Origin: Thermoanaerobaculia bacterium
GTDB taxonomy: Bacteria; Acidobacteriota; Thermoanaerobaculia; Gp7-AA8
Length of the DNA stretch: 28,423 nucleotides
NCBI GenBank assembly: GCA_036498125.1
Contig: DASXIH010000165.1
Location: forward strand, 1 to 28,423
Direction: 5' to 3'
Below the pieces are notes generated by a model. It searched no databases. It worked only from the letters and a program-made list of their open reading frames with translations, and was not told where the DNA came from. Made by a program: the position numbers and the translations under genes. Shown piece after piece: positions 28,415-28,423 of the stretch (positions are counted from its first letter, which is position 1; each line of letters starts with the position of its first letter).

Positions 28415-28423
28415 ATGCGCTTT
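28415..28423 (+). CDS. Start of a CDS running off the window (MRF...)
   Basis: AAGGAG SD 7 nt upstream of ATG CGC TTT at the window edge. Confidence 0.5.

Overview
GC-rich, densely coded bacterial DNA. Gene content and large exported repeat proteins suggest Acidobacteriota, possibly Thermoanaerobaculia (inference). Bases 1-23012 look like core or semi-core genome: OmpA-like C-terminus, DUF4097-like protein, APC permease plus Rieske oxygenase alpha subunit, tag, two very large exported repeat proteins, flavin amine oxidase, geranylgeranyl-reductase-like enzyme, acpP-fabF, HAD hydrolase, TMTC-like mannosyltransferase, TM/plant-type tRNase Z, dacB, a TPR protein and guaB. From the guaB stop onward (23009-28423) the window looks accessory. 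It holds a four-gene cassette of exported proteins with a trypsin-like protease, a VOC protein, an orphan coiled-coil/winged-helix gene behind a strongly patterned operator-like array, an M23 peptidase, a small cytochrome c, and two orphan antitoxins joined by a brnT remnant. No rRNA, tRNA, CRISPR array, integrase or transposase was found. Top leads: (1) the 25854-26105 binding-site array with its DNA-binding gene; (2) the double toxin-loss TA junction; (3) the exported protease cassette; (4) a 55-aa Cys/His zinc-finger ORF missing from the ORF track; (5) a nested REP/heptamer palindrome; (6) a recurring TANNNT-N6-start leaderless signature. All family assignments come from motif recognition, with no database search.
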